IMG/VR virus record: IMGVR_UViG_3300028564_000002
Length of the DNA stretch: 64,000 nt
Source of the DNA: an uncultured virus (IMG/VR IMGVR_UViG_3300028564_000002)
Lineage: Duplodnaviria > Heunggongvirae > Uroviricota > Caudoviricetes
Direction: 5' to 3' (one strand)
Of the stretch, positions 63,201-64,000 are shown piece after piece. Made by a program: the position numbers and the translations under genes. The stretch's first letter is position 1, and each line of letters starts with the position of its first letter. Below the pieces are notes generated by a model. That model was not told the DNA's origin. It ran no database searches and worked only from the letters and a program-made list of their open reading frames with translations.

Positions 63201-63423
63201 AAACATTGTTTTTTAAGTAGTTAATAACATCTACACTTCGGATGTTGTTTGCTCCATCGCCACTGTTGTATAGATTGTTAATTGCTGAAAATATGAACTT
63301 ATCAAGTGAAGTAGGAAAATCACTTAATTCAAATCTGTATTTGTCGATATCGTTTAAAAATTCGGGATGATTCATAAGTCCACCAAGGACTTGAATAACC
63401 GTGTGACGGTCAATTTTTATCAC
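60246..63423 (-). CDS. dnaB: Replicative DnaB-like helicase; exons 63423-61240 and 60848-60246; 928-aa precursor, 567 aa after intein removal
   Basis: P-loop SAGSGVGK/T split by the intein; LYVMTEQ, IFYDYI, IMSSTQI, IYKNRRG; the junction KLRED/VCLRLF is restored by splicing. Confidence 0.9.
60849..61239 (-). ncRNA. Group I intron of dnaB (no ORF)
   Basis: P1 GAGGAT/GTCCTC with U-G; core GCTATCGGT, ATACCGAG, GTAACGACTA, AATATAGTCT; terminal G at 60849. Confidence 0.88.
61660..62742 (-). mobile_element. Class 3 intein with LAGLIDADG homing endonuclease (361 aa) in the DnaB P-loop
   Basis: Begins ALPNFTRIPTPDGW (Ala1); block B CCDEHLW; LAGLIDADG blocks MGLILGDGS and LAGLLDTDGS; block F MTCFYV; ends YICTHN followed by Thr+1. 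Confidence 0.92.
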
Positions 63424-64000
63424 TCAGCATCACCTACAATCTGGTCAAGGTCAATCATTTTCTTTTTCTTCTTTGCACCAATATAATCACTTGGATTATA
63501 TTTAATTTCGATACGGTCTTGTTCAAGCTGTTTCTCAATAGCTTGTTCAACTTCAATCCTTTTCTTTTCTTGCTGTCTGTAATAAGACGCCGCCTTGTCA
63601 TAAATATAAGGAATAATTCCTATTGTCTTATACTTATCAGAAACAGGATGCTTTTCTATCTCATAGAAGAATTTTAATGTTAACAGCTGAGACTTGTAGT
63701 TCATTCCCATTTTATTGAATTTTTGCATTTGAGTCACATTCCAATCACTTACTGGCTTATCGCCGTCGGCACCAAATAAACGATAAATATAAAACCATAA
63801 AGCGTCTCTATCATCATTTATTTTTTCCTTCAACTTTAAATTCTCTTCATTCAAATGATTCTTTACAGTAGAAGGGGAGATACCCAATTCTTTTGCTACC
63901 TACGCCATGTTTTTACAAGCCTTGTATTTTTCATTAATTTGAGCTATAAGCTCTTCGTCAATCTTTACCCTCTTTTTAGCTACTACCTCTACGGGCGCAC
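63420..64000 (-). CDS. HTH-containing protein upstream of the helicase; 5' end lies beyond the window
   Basis: ORF 63420..63887 extends through a TAG as NMAQVAKELGISPSTVKNHL (HTH-like) and stays open to the window end. Confidence 0.65.

Overview
This is a 64 kb segment of a large, AT-rich tailed dsDNA phage. A Bacillota host is inferred from strong AGGAGG ribosome-binding sites and sigma-A-type promoters. The phage appears to use an alternative genetic code in which TAG encodes Gln (translation table 15): the fragmented ORF track collapses into full-length genes when TAG is read through, and every gene end I traced is TAA or TGA. The plus strand (615-46525) is a siphovirus-type virion module. 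It contains a terminase split by two group I introns that each carry a Vsr-like homing endonuclease, then portal, protease/scaffold, capsid and neck genes. These are followed by a tandem array of five paralogous tail-tube-like genes with large, differently placed insertions, a 2621-aa tape measure, an enlarged Dit and a 2140-aa Tal/spike protein. The minus strand (46561-64000) is a replication module: RuvC-like resolvase, dUTPase, ClpP-like protein, DnaE with three group I introns, RecJ, primase, and DnaB carrying both a class 3 intein and a group I intron. The most unusual unexplained elements are three: a self-contained promoter/RNA/terminator cassette of about 190 nt with a two-fold pseudo-symmetric fold at about 50298-50523, a strong window-wide excess of GGCGGC/GCCGCC, and the tail-tube paralog array. 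Gene boundaries were traced by hand and product names rest on motif recognition and synteny; no database searches were run.
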